64,000 nucleotides of DNA from an uncultured Bordetella sp. (GTDB lineage Bacteria > Pseudomonadota > Gammaproteobacteria > Burkholderiales > SG8-41): positions 8,806 through 72,805 of the forward strand of contig CAZHFZ010000010.1 of the NCBI GenBank assembly GCA_964531455.1. Reading direction: 5' to 3'. The notes beneath the pieces were generated by a model, which saw only the letters and a program-made list of their open reading frames with translations, searched no databases and was not told where the DNA came from. Of the stretch, positions 39,018 through 48,133 are shown piece by piece. The position numbers and the translations under genes were made by a program. The number at the start of each line of letters is the position of its first letter. Position 1 is the first letter of the stretch.

Positions 39018-39917
39018 ATGTACGAATCGCACTTCGGTCTGCGTGAACCCCCGTTCGGCATCACGCCGGACACCAGTTTTGCCTATGCCTGCAACTCCCA
39101 TCAGGAGGCGTTGAATACGCTTCTCGTTGCTGCGCGCAACGGCGAGGGGTTCATGAAGGTGACCGGCGAAGTCGGCACCGGCAAGACACTGTTGTGCCGG
39201 AGGTTTCTGGCGACCCTGGATGCGCGCTTTGTCTCAGCCTATATCCCCAATCCCTACCTGGAGCCGCGCACACTGATGTTTGCGCTGGCCGATGAACTCG
39301 GCATCACGCTGCCGCGTGAAGCGGATCAGCATCATCTGCTGAAGGAGCTTTCACGGGCGCTGCTCAATTTTGCCCGGCAGGGCAAGACCGTTGTGCTTTG
39401 CCTCGACGAGGCGCAGGCCATGCCGCAGGAAACGCTGGAGGCGTTGCGACTGCTGACCAATCTCGAGACCGAGAAACGCAAGCTGCTGCAAGTGGTGTTG
39501 TTTGGCCAGCCGGAACTGGACCAGCGGCTGGCGCAAACTTCGATACGCCAGCTGCGGCAGCGCATCACTTTTCAGTACCGCCTGTCGATGCTGAAAGAAA
39601 AAGAGGTTGATCACTATCTTTCCCACCGCTTGCGGGTCGCCGGTTACCGCGGCGGCCAGTTGTTTGTGCCCGCCGCCGTGCGGCGTCTGCATCGCGCCAG
39701 CGGAGGGGTGCCGCGTCTGATCAATATCATGGCGCACAAGTCCCTGTTGTTGGCGTTTGGCGAAGGCGTGCAGCAGGTGCTGCCACGGCATGTGCGCAGT
39801 GCTGCAGCGGATACTCCCGTGGCCGGAGCTGCGCGCTGGCGCTTGTTCGCGCTGTTTGCAGTGCTGACTGCTGTCGCCGCAGTTGCGATTGCCGTTTCCG
39901 TGGGGTGGCCGGCATGA
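39018..39917 (+). CDS. mshM: MshM (ExeA-like AAA ATPase)
   Basis: FGLREPPF N-terminus, Walker A GEVGTGKT, and a C-terminal TM segment. Confidence 0.85.
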   Translation: MYESHFGLREPPFGITPDTSFAYACNSHQEALNTLLVAARNGEGFMKVTGEVGTGKTLLCRRFLATLDARFVSAYIPNPYLEPRTLMFALADELGITLPREADQHHLLKELSRALLNFARQGKTVVLCLDEAQAMPQETLEALRLLTNLETEKRKLLQVVLFGQPELDQRLAQTSIRQLRQRITFQYRLSMLKEKEVDHYLSHRLRVAGYRGGQLFVPAAVRRLHRASGGVPRLINIMAHKSLLLAFGEGVQQVLPRHVRSAAADTPVAGAARWRLFALFAVLTAVAAVAIAVSVGWPA

Positions 39918-41074
39918 GCGTGATCAATCAGATGTTGCTGGATCTGGAGCGGCGCCGTGCGTCAGGTGAGGAATGCGACCGGATTCCCGACCACGTGCGG
40001 GCATTGCCGGGGAGTTCTTCTGCGCCACGTGACTATGCGCTGCAATTGATCGTTGTCGCCGTACTGGTGGTGCTGGCGGTGGCGGGCGGCGCTTACTGGT
40101 GGTGGCAATATGGAATCCCGGGCCTTGCCAAGCCGCCGCTGATCGCGCCCGTGAGTGAGCATGAAAATGCCGAGCGTATTGCACGACGCATGAGCCTGGA
40201 TCTGGCGAAGACGCCGCCGTTGGCGGACGCGCCGCCTGTGACCGATGCCGCTGCGCCGACAGGGATCCCCACGCAATCGGTTATCGTCAGCGAGCCGCCG
40301 GCATGGGCGACGTCCCGCGTTGAGCAGCCCCCGGTAGTTGCCCGCAGCGAACCAGCAGCCGAACCGGCGCAGCCTGCGAATGAACCAGAGCGCCGAGCTG
40401 TTCCGAAACCTGCGGCAAAGCCTGCTGCAGCGGTCGAGGCACCCGTTGTGGCTAAAACGACCGCAGTTTCGCCAGTGCCCGCCGGAATCGATAAGCGGAT
40501 GCGCGATCAGACTCCGCGGCAACGTGCTGAAGTGGAATACACGCGCGGCGCATCGGCCCTGCAACAGGGCCGGCTTGCCGAGGCACGCAGCGGATTCGAG
40601 GCAGCGCTGCAAACCGATCCGGCGTATCACGCAGCAAGGCAGGCGTTGGCAGGTGTGTTGCTTGATGCAGGTCAACCAGCCGAGGCGATGCTGATTCTGC
40701 AGGAAGGTTTGCAGCTCGCTCCAACACAATTCGGTTTTGCGATGATGGCCGCACGCCTGCATGTTGACCGCGGTGAAATCGATGCGGCCGTGCAGACGCT
40801 GGCGCGGAGTGCCGACTATGCCGGCAACAGCGCGGATTACGCAGGGTTCTACGCCGGCTTGCTGCAACGCCAGAAAAAACACGCCGAGGCAGTCGGCATG
40901 TTTGATCGTGCACTGCGTTTGCGACCCAATTCCGGTGTCTGGTTGCTGGGCATGGGGATCTCGCTGGAAGCGCTGGGGCGTGGCGCTGAGGCGCAGGAGT
41001 CGTTTCGACGGGCCAGGGCCACCGGCAATCTGACGCCGGAGTTGCAGACTTTCGCCGATCAGCGCTTGCGCTGA
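39914..41074 (+). CDS. mshN: MshN (TPR-repeat protein)
   Basis: MSVINQMLLDLERR N-terminus, one TM helix, a Pro/Ala-rich linker and C-terminal TPR-like repeats. ATGA overlap with mshM. Confidence 0.75.
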   Translation: MSVINQMLLDLERRRASGEECDRIPDHVRALPGSSSAPRDYALQLIVVAVLVVLAVAGGAYWWWQYGIPGLAKPPLIAPVSEHENAERIARRMSLDLAKTPPLADAPPVTDAAAPTGIPTQSVIVSEPPAWATSRVEQPPVVARSEPAAEPAQPANEPERRAVPKPAAKPAAAVEAPVVAKTTAVSPVPAGIDKRMRDQTPRQRAEVEYTRGASALQQGRLAEARSGFEAALQTDPAYHAARQALAGVLLDAGQPAEAMLILQEGLQLAPTQFGFAMMAARLHVDRGEIDAAVQTLARSADYAGNSADYAGFYAGLLQRQKKHAEAVGMFDRALRLRPNSGVWLLGMGISLEALGRGAEAQESFRRARATGNLTPELQTFADQRLR

Positions 41075-41080
41075 ACGGGT

Positions 41081-41815
41081 TTACCTGGTCGCTGCGCCAC
41101 TGGCGACCGTGCGTGCAACAACCCAGCCTGTGACGGATGCCGCGCCAGCGTGTTTAAGATTGCGCGACAGTTCATTGAGTGTCGCACCGGTAGTCAGTAC
41201 GTCATCAATCACGACCACGTGCAGCCCGGTGACATTTCGCAGTACGACGAATGCGCCGCGGATGTTCTTGCGGCGTTCTTTCCACGGCAGGCGGGTTTGC
41301 GGGGCGGTGTCGCGTGTTTTTACGCACAGTGTTGCTTCGATCGGCGCCCGTATCGACCCAGCCACCTCACGGGCGAGTTCAAGCGCCTGATTGAATCCAC
41401 GCTCGCGCAACCGCTGTGCCGACAGCGGCATAGGCACGATCAGATCGGCTTGCTGCGGTTTCTGGCGAGCGAGCATGCTGGCCAGTGCGCGGATGGTAGC
41501 GAGCCGCCCGCCGTATTTGCAGGACTGGATCAGGCCATCAACCGGGAACCGATAGCGGGCAGCGGCGATAACGTGATCAAAGTGGCGTGGTTCGCTCAGG
41601 CAGCGGCCGCAAACGCCGGACATGGCCAGAGGATGGGCGCAGATCGTGCAGCAGGGGGAAGTGTGCCAAGGTAATTCCGACCAGCAGTCTTCACAAATGC
41701 CGCGAGCAGGTGCCCGATTGCCGCAAAGCAGGCAGTGCGTTGCGAGGATTTCAGGCGATGCGCGGCGCCATTTGTTAAGCAGGGCGTTTCCAAAATTTGA
41801 CAAATGACCGGGCAT
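41081..41815 (-). CDS. comF: ComF-family protein (zinc finger + phosphoribosyltransferase domain)
   Basis: N-terminal Cys pairs (CLLCG..CEDC..CCTIC..CGRC) and the PRTase motif VVVIDDVLTTGAT. Confidence 0.8.
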   Translation of the reverse strand: MPGHLSNFGNALLNKWRRASPEILATHCLLCGNRAPARGICEDCWSELPWHTSPCCTICAHPLAMSGVCGRCLSEPRHFDHVIAAARYRFPVDGLIQSCKYGGRLATIRALASMLARQKPQQADLIVPMPLSAQRLRERGFNQALELAREVAGSIRAPIEATLCVKTRDTAPQTRLPWKERRKNIRGAFVVLRNVTGLHVVVIDDVLTTGATLNELSRNLKHAGAASVTGWVVARTVASGAATR

Positions 41816-41894
41816 CTGCGACGATAATAATAATTAAGTATTTGATTTTATTGATTATTTACAAGTTTTAAGCACTCAGTGAAAGCGACCACCC

Positions 41895-42905
41895 ATGGAC
41901 ACCTTGCCTGTCAACAATCCTGTTAACGAACGCGCGGCCTTCGCCGCCGACACTTCTGCACCGAGCGGCCGCTGGACCGTAACGGCCATCGAAGCCTTGT
42001 TTGCGTTGCCGTTCAACGATCTGCTGTTCCGGGCACAGCAGGTGCATCGAGAAAATTTCGATGCCAATGCGGTGCAGTTGTCGACCTTGCTGTCGATCAA
42101 GACCGGCGGCTGTTCCGAGGACTGCGGTTATTGCCCGCAGGCGGCGCGTTACCAGACCGGTGTCGAAAACCAGGACATGTTGTCGGTGGACGAAGTTGTT
42201 GCCGCTGCACGTGCGGCACGCGACCACGGCGCCACGCGCTTTTGCATGGGTGCCGCATGGCGTGGTCCGAAGCAGCGTGACCTCGACAAGGTGGTGGCGA
42301 TGGTCAAGGCCGTGCGTGGACTGGGTATGGAAACCTGTGCGACGCTGGGCATGCTCAAACCCGGCCAGGCTGACCAGTTGCGTGACGCGGGTCTCGATTA
42401 TTACAACCACAACATCGATACTGCCGAAGACAATTACAACAACGTGATCACCACACGTGATTACGGCGACCGCATTGATACGCTGACCCAGGTGCGCGAG
42501 GCCGGCATGCACGTCTGCTGCGGCGGTATTGTCGGCATGGGCGAGACGCGCACCGCGCGAGCGAAGCTGATCGCGCAACTGGCGAACATGGATCCCTATC
42601 CGGAGTCGGTGCCGATCAACAATCTGGTACAGGTGCCGGGCACACCGTTGCACGGCGCGGACAAACTGGATCCGCTGGAGTTTGTGCGCACGATTGCCTG
42701 CGCGCGCATCACCATGCCCAAGGCCTTTGTGCGTTTGTCGGCGGGGCGCCAGGAACTCGGCGACGGTGTGCAGGCACTGTGTTTTCTGGCCGGTGCAAAT
42801 TCGATTTTCTATGGTGAAAAACTGCTGACCACCGGCAACCCCGACGTTGAAAACGATCGGGCGCTGTTCTCACGCCTCGGCCTGAAACCGCTGAACCCTG
42901 CCTGA
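41895..42905 (+). CDS. bioB: Biotin synthase
   Basis: Radical-SAM motif [10 protein letters not shown]. Full length. Confidence 0.95.
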   Translation: MDTLPVNNPVNERAAFAADTSAPSGRWTVTAIEALFALPFNDLLFRAQQVHRENFDANAVQLSTLLSIKTGGCSEDCGYCPQAARYQTGVENQDMLSVDEVVAAARAARDHGATRFCMGAAWRGPKQRDLDKVVAMVKAVRGLGMETCATLGMLKPGQADQLRDAGLDYYNHNIDTAEDNYNNVITTRDYGDRIDTLTQVREAGMHVCCGGIVGMGETRTARAKLIAQLANMDPYPESVPINNLVQVPGTPLHGADKLDPLEFVRTIACARITMPKAFVRLSAGRQELGDGVQALCFLAGANSIFYGEKLLTTGNPDVENDRALFSRLGLKPLNPA

Positions 42906-42929
42906 GCGCGATCGGGCGCAGCAACACCC

Positions 42930-44084
42930 GTGTCATTGCACACCGAGCTGGCTGCCGAACTGGCAGCGCGAGAAGCGCAAGGCCTGCGCCGATCGCGACG
43001 CCTGCTTGAGTCGCCGCAGCGGGCGCGAGTCACGGTGGACGGGCGCGGCTACGTGGCGTTCTGTTCCAACGATTATCTCGGTCTTGCCGCCGATCCGCGG
43101 CTGTCTGCTGCGGCTAATGAGGGTATCGCCCGTTATGGCGTCGGCGGTGGTGCGTCACATCTGATCCTTGGGCACAGTACCGCGCATCACGAACTTGAAG
43201 ACGCATTGGCCACATTCGTGCGCCAGCCTCGCGCCCTGTTTTTTTCCACTGGCTATATGGCCAACATGGGGGTGGTGAGTGCGTTGGTCGGGCGCGGTGA
43301 CGCGGTGTTTGCCGACCGGCTGAACCATGCTTCACTGAACGACGCGGTGCTGGTGTCCCGCGCGTCATTCAAGCGTTATGCACATAACGATCTGGATGCG
43401 CTTGCGCGTTTGCTGGCGACAACCCCGGCGCGCCGTCGACTGGTTGTCACTGACGCCGTGTTCAGCATGGACGGCGATATCGCGCCCATGGCCGAACTGC
43501 TCGAATTGTGTGATCGTCACGATGCGTATCTTTTCATCGACGACGCCCACGGCTTTGGTGTCCTCGGCGAAGCGGGCCGCGGCGCTCTTGCGCATTTCAA
43601 CATTAAATCGGATCGCATCATCTACATGGCGACCCTTGGCAAGGCGGCGGGGGTGGCAGGCGCGTTCGTGGCCGGCAATGAAACATTGATCGAGACATTG
43701 ATCCAGAATGCCCGGACCTACATCTACACCACGGCTACCCCGCCCCTGCTTGCACACACGCTGTTGACGAGCCTGCAAATCATCGAGCAGGAGGAGTGGC
43801 GGCGTGAGCGGTTGCGTGAGCTGATCAGGCAGTTGCGCCAGGGGCTTGGAGGTTCTTCATGGCGGTTGCTGCCTTCCGCGACGCCGATACAGCCGCTGCT
43901 GGTTGGTGGCAATGATGAGGCGCTGGCCTTGTCAGTGCGACTGGCTGAAGCGGGATTGCTGGTGCCTGCGATCCGGCCGCCGACGGTGCCGCAGGGCACG
44001 GCACGATTGCGCATTTCCCTTTCGGCAGATCATCAGGCTGAGGATGTGCTGCGCCTGATTGCTGCATTGGTGCAGCGGAAATGA
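42930..44084 (+). CDS. bioF: 8-amino-7-oxononanoate synthase
   Basis: PLP enzyme with an ATLGKAAG lysine motif. GTG start. Confidence 0.9.
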   Translation: MSLHTELAAELAAREAQGLRRSRRLLESPQRARVTVDGRGYVAFCSNDYLGLAADPRLSAAANEGIARYGVGGGASHLILGHSTAHHELEDALATFVRQPRALFFSTGYMANMGVVSALVGRGDAVFADRLNHASLNDAVLVSRASFKRYAHNDLDALARLLATTPARRRLVVTDAVFSMDGDIAPMAELLELCDRHDAYLFIDDAHGFGVLGEAGRGALAHFNIKSDRIIYMATLGKAAGVAGAFVAGNETLIETLIQNARTYIYTTATPPLLAHTLLTSLQIIEQEEWRRERLRELIRQLRQGLGGSSWRLLPSATPIQPLLVGGNDEALALSVRLAEAGLLVPAIRPPTVPQGTARLRISLSADHQAEDVLRLIAALVQRK

Positions 44085-44803
44085 GCGCATTGCCACTGGT
44101 GTTGCTGCATGGCTGGGGGGCGCACGCCGGTATCTGGGGCGAAGTAATTGCGCAGATGAATCTCGGTCAAACGGTGATTGCTCCCGATGTTCCCGGTGAA
44201 ACCGGGCTGGAGCCGGAAGAGGTGGTAGCCCGGATTGCTGCGGCAGCCCCCGAGCGCTGCGTTGTTGCCGGCTGGTCGCTGGGCGGGCAATTGGCGCTGG
44301 CGTGGGCGCGTCATCAGCCGCAGCAGGTTGCAAAGTTGATATTGATTTCCTCGACCCCGCGTTTTGTTGCTGCGCCGGATTGGCAGCATGGCATGGATGC
44401 CGCTGCGTTCACCGGTTTTGCCGCCGAGGTTGCCGCGGATCCGGCAGCAGCCCTGCGCCGTTTCATCCTGCTTGAAACCCAAGGCGACGTGCAGGCGCGT
44501 GCAGTGGCGCGCAAGATCGAAATGGCGCTTGCCGGTCGCCCGAGTGCCGAACGGTCAGTACTGGTGCGTACGCTGAATTGGCTGCGCGATACCGATCTGC
44601 GCCAGGCATTGTCAGATATCCGTCAGCCGGCGCTGGTGCTGCATGGTGATCGTGATCGCATTACCCCTCAGGGTGCAGGCGAATATCTGGCCCGGCACTT
44701 ACCGGATGCGCGCCTTGAGATGGTCCGTGGTGCGGGACATGCACTTTTTGTTTCCGAACCGGAAGCCATCAGCCGGCGGTTCACGGAGTTCTGCAATGAA
44801 TGA
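44081..44803 (+). CDS. bioH: Pimeloyl-[ACP] methyl ester esterase
   Basis: Alpha/beta hydrolase with LLHGWG and a GWSLGG nucleophile elbow. Operon position. Confidence 0.8.
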   Translation: MSALPLVLLHGWGAHAGIWGEVIAQMNLGQTVIAPDVPGETGLEPEEVVARIAAAAPERCVVAGWSLGGQLALAWARHQPQQVAKLILISSTPRFVAAPDWQHGMDAAAFTGFAAEVAADPAAALRRFILLETQGDVQARAVARKIEMALAGRPSAERSVLVRTLNWLRDTDLRQALSDIRQPALVLHGDRDRITPQGAGEYLARHLPDARLEMVRGAGHALFVSEPEAISRRFTEFCNE

Positions 44804-45671
44804 AAATGTGGTGTTCGATAAACGCGCAGTTCGCCGCTCGTTTGATCGGGCCTCAAGCACTTACGATGCGGCGGCGGTGTTGCAGCACGAGGTGTGCCGG
44901 CGCAGTCTGGAGCGTCTTGATTTCATACGTCATGCGCCGGCACGCATCCTTGACGCCGGTTGCGGCACCGGTAACGCCTGGAAAGGATTGGGTGCACGTT
45001 ATCCGGCTGCACGCATCATCGGGCTGGATCTGGCGCCCGGCATGCTGCGACAGGCCGGGACGACGGTGTCATGGCGTCAGCGTTTGATGCGGCGCGCGCC
45101 GCTGTTGGTATGTGGCGACCTCGAACGGCTGCCGCTGGCGACGGGCAGCATTGATCTGGCCTGGAGCAATCTGGCGCTGCAGTGGGTCAATGCGCTGCCG
45201 CAGTCGTTTGCCGAAATGCGCCGCGTGCTGGCGCCGGGCGGTTTGTTCATGTTTACGACCTTCGGCCCCGATACGCTGAAGGAATTGCGCGCAGCGCAGA
45301 CGGATACCGATGGACATCGCCATGTCAGCCGCTTCATTGACATGCACGATATCGGCGACATGCTGGTCGGGTGCGGTTTTGCCGATCCGGTGATCGATAT
45401 GGAAACCTTTACCCTGACCTACGACGATGCGCGTGCAGTGATGCGTGATCTCAAGTCGATCGGTGCACACAATGCCGCCACTGATCGTCCATCCACGCTT
45501 TCCGGCAAACAATGGCTGGCGGCGGTTGAGCGCAAATACGAGGTTTTTCGCCGTGACGGCAAACTGCCGGCAACCTTTGAGGTCATTTACGGCCACGCGT
45601 GGCTTCCTGCTCCGCGGCTGGGGCCTGGGGGCAAGCCGGTGATCGAGATCAAAGCGGTCGGCGGGAGCTGA
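44796..45671 (+). CDS. bioC: Malonyl-[ACP] O-methyltransferase
   Basis: SAM motif ILDAGCGTG. ATG 44796 overlaps bioH by 8 nt. Confidence 0.85.
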   Translation: MNENVVFDKRAVRRSFDRASSTYDAAAVLQHEVCRRSLERLDFIRHAPARILDAGCGTGNAWKGLGARYPAARIIGLDLAPGMLRQAGTTVSWRQRLMRRAPLLVCGDLERLPLATGSIDLAWSNLALQWVNALPQSFAEMRRVLAPGGLFMFTTFGPDTLKELRAAQTDTDGHRHVSRFIDMHDIGDMLVGCGFADPVIDMETFTLTYDDARAVMRDLKSIGAHNAATDRPSTLSGKQWLAAVERKYEVFRRDGKLPATFEVIYGHAWLPAPRLGPGGKPVIEIKAVGGS

Positions 45672-45672
45672 G

Positions 45673-46362
45673 ATGCGGACGCGCGGCATATTCATCGCAG
45701 GAACGGATACCGGTGTCGGTAAAACACTGATTGCCTGCGCTGTGCTGCGCGGTCTGGCAGGGACGGGTTTGCGCGTGGTCGGGATGAAACCGGTTGCCGC
45801 TGGCGCGACACGCCGTCGTGGTGTCTGGATCAATGATGATGCGGAGCAACTGCGGGCTGCATCCAGTGTGGAGGCGCCGCAGAGTTCGATCAATCCCTAT
45901 TGTTTTGCGCCGCCTGTGGCGCCTCATCTGGCTGCACGCGAGGCGCGGACTGTAATCCGCATGTCTGTGCTTGTCCGCCATTACGCACGGCTTGCGGCGC
46001 TTGCTGATGTGGTCGTGGTTGAGGGTGTGGGCGGGCTGCTGGTCCCGTTGGGGCCGCGATTGAGCGCTGCGGCCATCCCTGAGCGGCTGAATCTGCCGGT
46101 GGTGCTGGTTGTCGGCATGCGCCTCGGTTGTCTTAACCACGCACTGTTGACGGTGGAGGCGATGCAGGTTCGCGGGATGCGTCTGGCGGGCTGGATTGCA
46201 AACGTCATCGATCCGGCCATGGCGCGCCGGGAAGAGAATCTCCAGACTTTGAAACGGCGTATTGCAGCTCCTTTGCTGGGGGTCGTAAACCATTCAACCA
46301 AACCGGACGTCGTCCGTGCCGCGCGATCTCTAGACATCAGTCGCATTAATGTGGTTATTTAA
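45673..46362 (+). CDS. bioD: Dethiobiotin synthase
   Basis: P-loop GTDTGVGKT. Confidence 0.9.
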   Translation: MRTRGIFIAGTDTGVGKTLIACAVLRGLAGTGLRVVGMKPVAAGATRRRGVWINDDAEQLRAASSVEAPQSSINPYCFAPPVAPHLAAREARTVIRMSVLVRHYARLAALADVVVVEGVGGLLVPLGPRLSAAAIPERLNLPVVLVVGMRLGCLNHALLTVEAMQVRGMRLAGWIANVIDPAMARREENLQTLKRRIAAPLLGVVNHSTKPDVVRAARSLDISRINVVI

Positions 46363-46457
46363 GAGGGAAAACCGACTGCTTTTAAAGGGCTTTTTGGTTG
46401 CGATGGACCCTCCCATTGTGCTAAAGTCCGCGCGGTTGAAAAGGATAGTCGGCGCCG

Positions 46458-46940
46458 GTGACGACAGAGCCCCATTACGATGCGGATTTGGCGGGATGCG
46501 GCGCCGAATTTACATATTTCAAGCGTCATTGCAGTTCTCTGGACTGGCGTTTGCTGTGTCTTGTGTTCGGTTCGCTGTCCCTGTTTTTGGTGTTGGTAGC
46601 GTCTGCATTTGCCGCCGCGGGAGCATGGATGATCATCCCGTTTGCCGGCGTCGAGATTGCTGGTCTGGGTGTCGCAGCATGGTGGACGCTGAAACGTTCG
46701 GGCGATTTCGAGCGGCTGGCGTTTGTTGGTGACCGCATTCTTGTCGAAATCAGGGAACAGGGTTTTTCGAGTCAGTTTGAGTTCAACCGCTGCTGGGTGC
46801 GGCTGGTGAACGGGAATGCCGGCGGGTTTGCCTTGCGTTCCCACGGCCGTGAAGTCGCCATCGGGCGGTTTTGCGGCGAGGAAAGCCGGCAGGAGCTGGC
46901 GCGCGAGTTGCGCAGCCGTCTTGGCGGTCAACGGATTTAG
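46458..46940 (+). CDS. DUF2244-like integral membrane protein (cytochrome-oxidase-associated)
   Basis: Two TM helices followed by a soluble domain. It sits directly upstream of coxB, as DUF2244 genes do. Confidence 0.6.
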   Translation: MTTEPHYDADLAGCGAEFTYFKRHCSSLDWRLLCLVFGSLSLFLVLVASAFAAAGAWMIIPFAGVEIAGLGVAAWWTLKRSGDFERLAFVGDRILVEIREQGFSSQFEFNRCWVRLVNGNAGGFALRSHGREVAIGRFCGEESRQELARELRSRLGGQRI

Positions 46941-46972
46941 CGGATCAATCGGGTTACAGGAGTGGGGGAAGA

Positions 46973-48112
46973 ATGAGCATCAAGGGGATCAAGAGTTGGG
47001 TTTTAGCGGGCGCGCTGTATTTCTGGTCATTTGCGGCGTGGGCTGAATACAAGCTCAACCTGCAGACACCGCAGACGCTGCTCGGCGAAAAAATCTACAA
47101 CCTGCACACGATCATCACGATCATCTGCTTCATCATTTTCGTCGGCGTTTTCGGCTTCATGTTCTATTCGGTGTTCAAGCACCGCAAGTCGGTTGGACAC
47201 AAGGCGGCCCAGTTCCATGAAAACACCGCGGTCGAGGTGGCGTGGACCCTGATCCCTTTCGTGATCCTGATCGCGCTGGCGGTTCCGGCAACAGGCACGT
47301 TGATTGCGATGCGTGACACCTCCGAGCCCGATATCACCATCAAGGCCACCGGTTACCAGTGGAAATGGGGCTACGACTATCTGAAAGGCGAAGGCGAGGG
47401 CATCAGCTTCTACAGCACTTTGTCGACCCCGCGCGCCCAGATTGACGGTACGGATACCGCCGGCCGCAATGCGAATCCCCATTACCTCCTCGAAACCGAT
47501 AATCATGTCGTGGTTCCCGTAGGCAAGAAAATCCGCATTCTTACGACCGCCGCTGACGTGATCCATGCTTGGTACGTGCCCGCGCTGGCGGTCAAGCAGG
47601 ATGCAATTCCCGGATTCATACGCGACACCTGGTTCAAGGCGGAAAAAGCAGGCATCTACCGCGGCCAATGCGCCGAACTGTGCGGCAAGGATCATGGCTT
47701 CATGCCGATCGTGGTTGAAGTGATGGAGCCCGCCCAGTACACCGCATGGGTTGGCGCGCAGCAGAAAAAAGTGGCGGCTGCCAAGGTTGATCCCAACAAG
47801 ACCTGGACCATGGAAGATCTGAAGGCGCACGGCGACAAAATCTACGCGCAGAATTGCGTGGCTTGCCACCAGGCCACCGGCATGGGCGTGCCCGGCGCCT
47901 TCCCGGCATTGTCTGGCTCCAAGGTTGCTGTCGGGCCCAAACCAGACCAGATCAAGCTGATGCTGAATGGCAAGCAGGGAACGGCCATGGCCTCATTCAA
48001 GCACTTGTCGGATGTTGATCTGGCAGGGGTTATCACCTATACCCGCAACAGCTGGTCGAACAAGACCGGCGACGCGGTGACCCCGGCCGAAATCAAGGCT
48101 GCACGGAACTAA
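46973..48112 (+). CDS. coxB: Cytochrome c oxidase subunit II with fused cytochrome c domain
   Basis: CuA site (HAWYVP ... CAELCGKDHGFM) and a C-terminal CVACH heme motif. Start at ATG 46973. Confidence 0.95.
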   Translation: MSIKGIKSWVLAGALYFWSFAAWAEYKLNLQTPQTLLGEKIYNLHTIITIICFIIFVGVFGFMFYSVFKHRKSVGHKAAQFHENTAVEVAWTLIPFVILIALAVPATGTLIAMRDTSEPDITIKATGYQWKWGYDYLKGEGEGISFYSTLSTPRAQIDGTDTAGRNANPHYLLETDNHVVVPVGKKIRILTTAADVIHAWYVPALAVKQDAIPGFIRDTWFKAEKAGIYRGQCAELCGKDHGFMPIVVEVMEPAQYTAWVGAQQKKVAAAKVDPNKTWTMEDLKAHGDKIYAQNCVACHQATGMGVPGAFPALSGSKVAVGPKPDQIKLMLNGKQGTAMASFKHLSDVDLAGVITYTRNSWSNKTGDAVTPAEIKAARN

Positions 48113-48133
48113 TTCAGGCTCCAGGAGAACTCA

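Noticed and set aside
41081-41815. ComF adjacent to the pilus locus, considered as evidence for a pilus-linked DNA-uptake (competence) module
   Set aside because: A comF (gntX/yhgH) neighbourhood with bio genes is a conserved arrangement in other proteobacteria. The gene is on the opposite strand and convergent with mshN.
41816-41894. AT-rich comF-bioB divergent region inspected for a BirA-type bio operator palindrome
   Set aside because: I found only short direct TTGATT repeats and no convincing inverted repeat of the TTGTAAACC..GGTTTACAA type.
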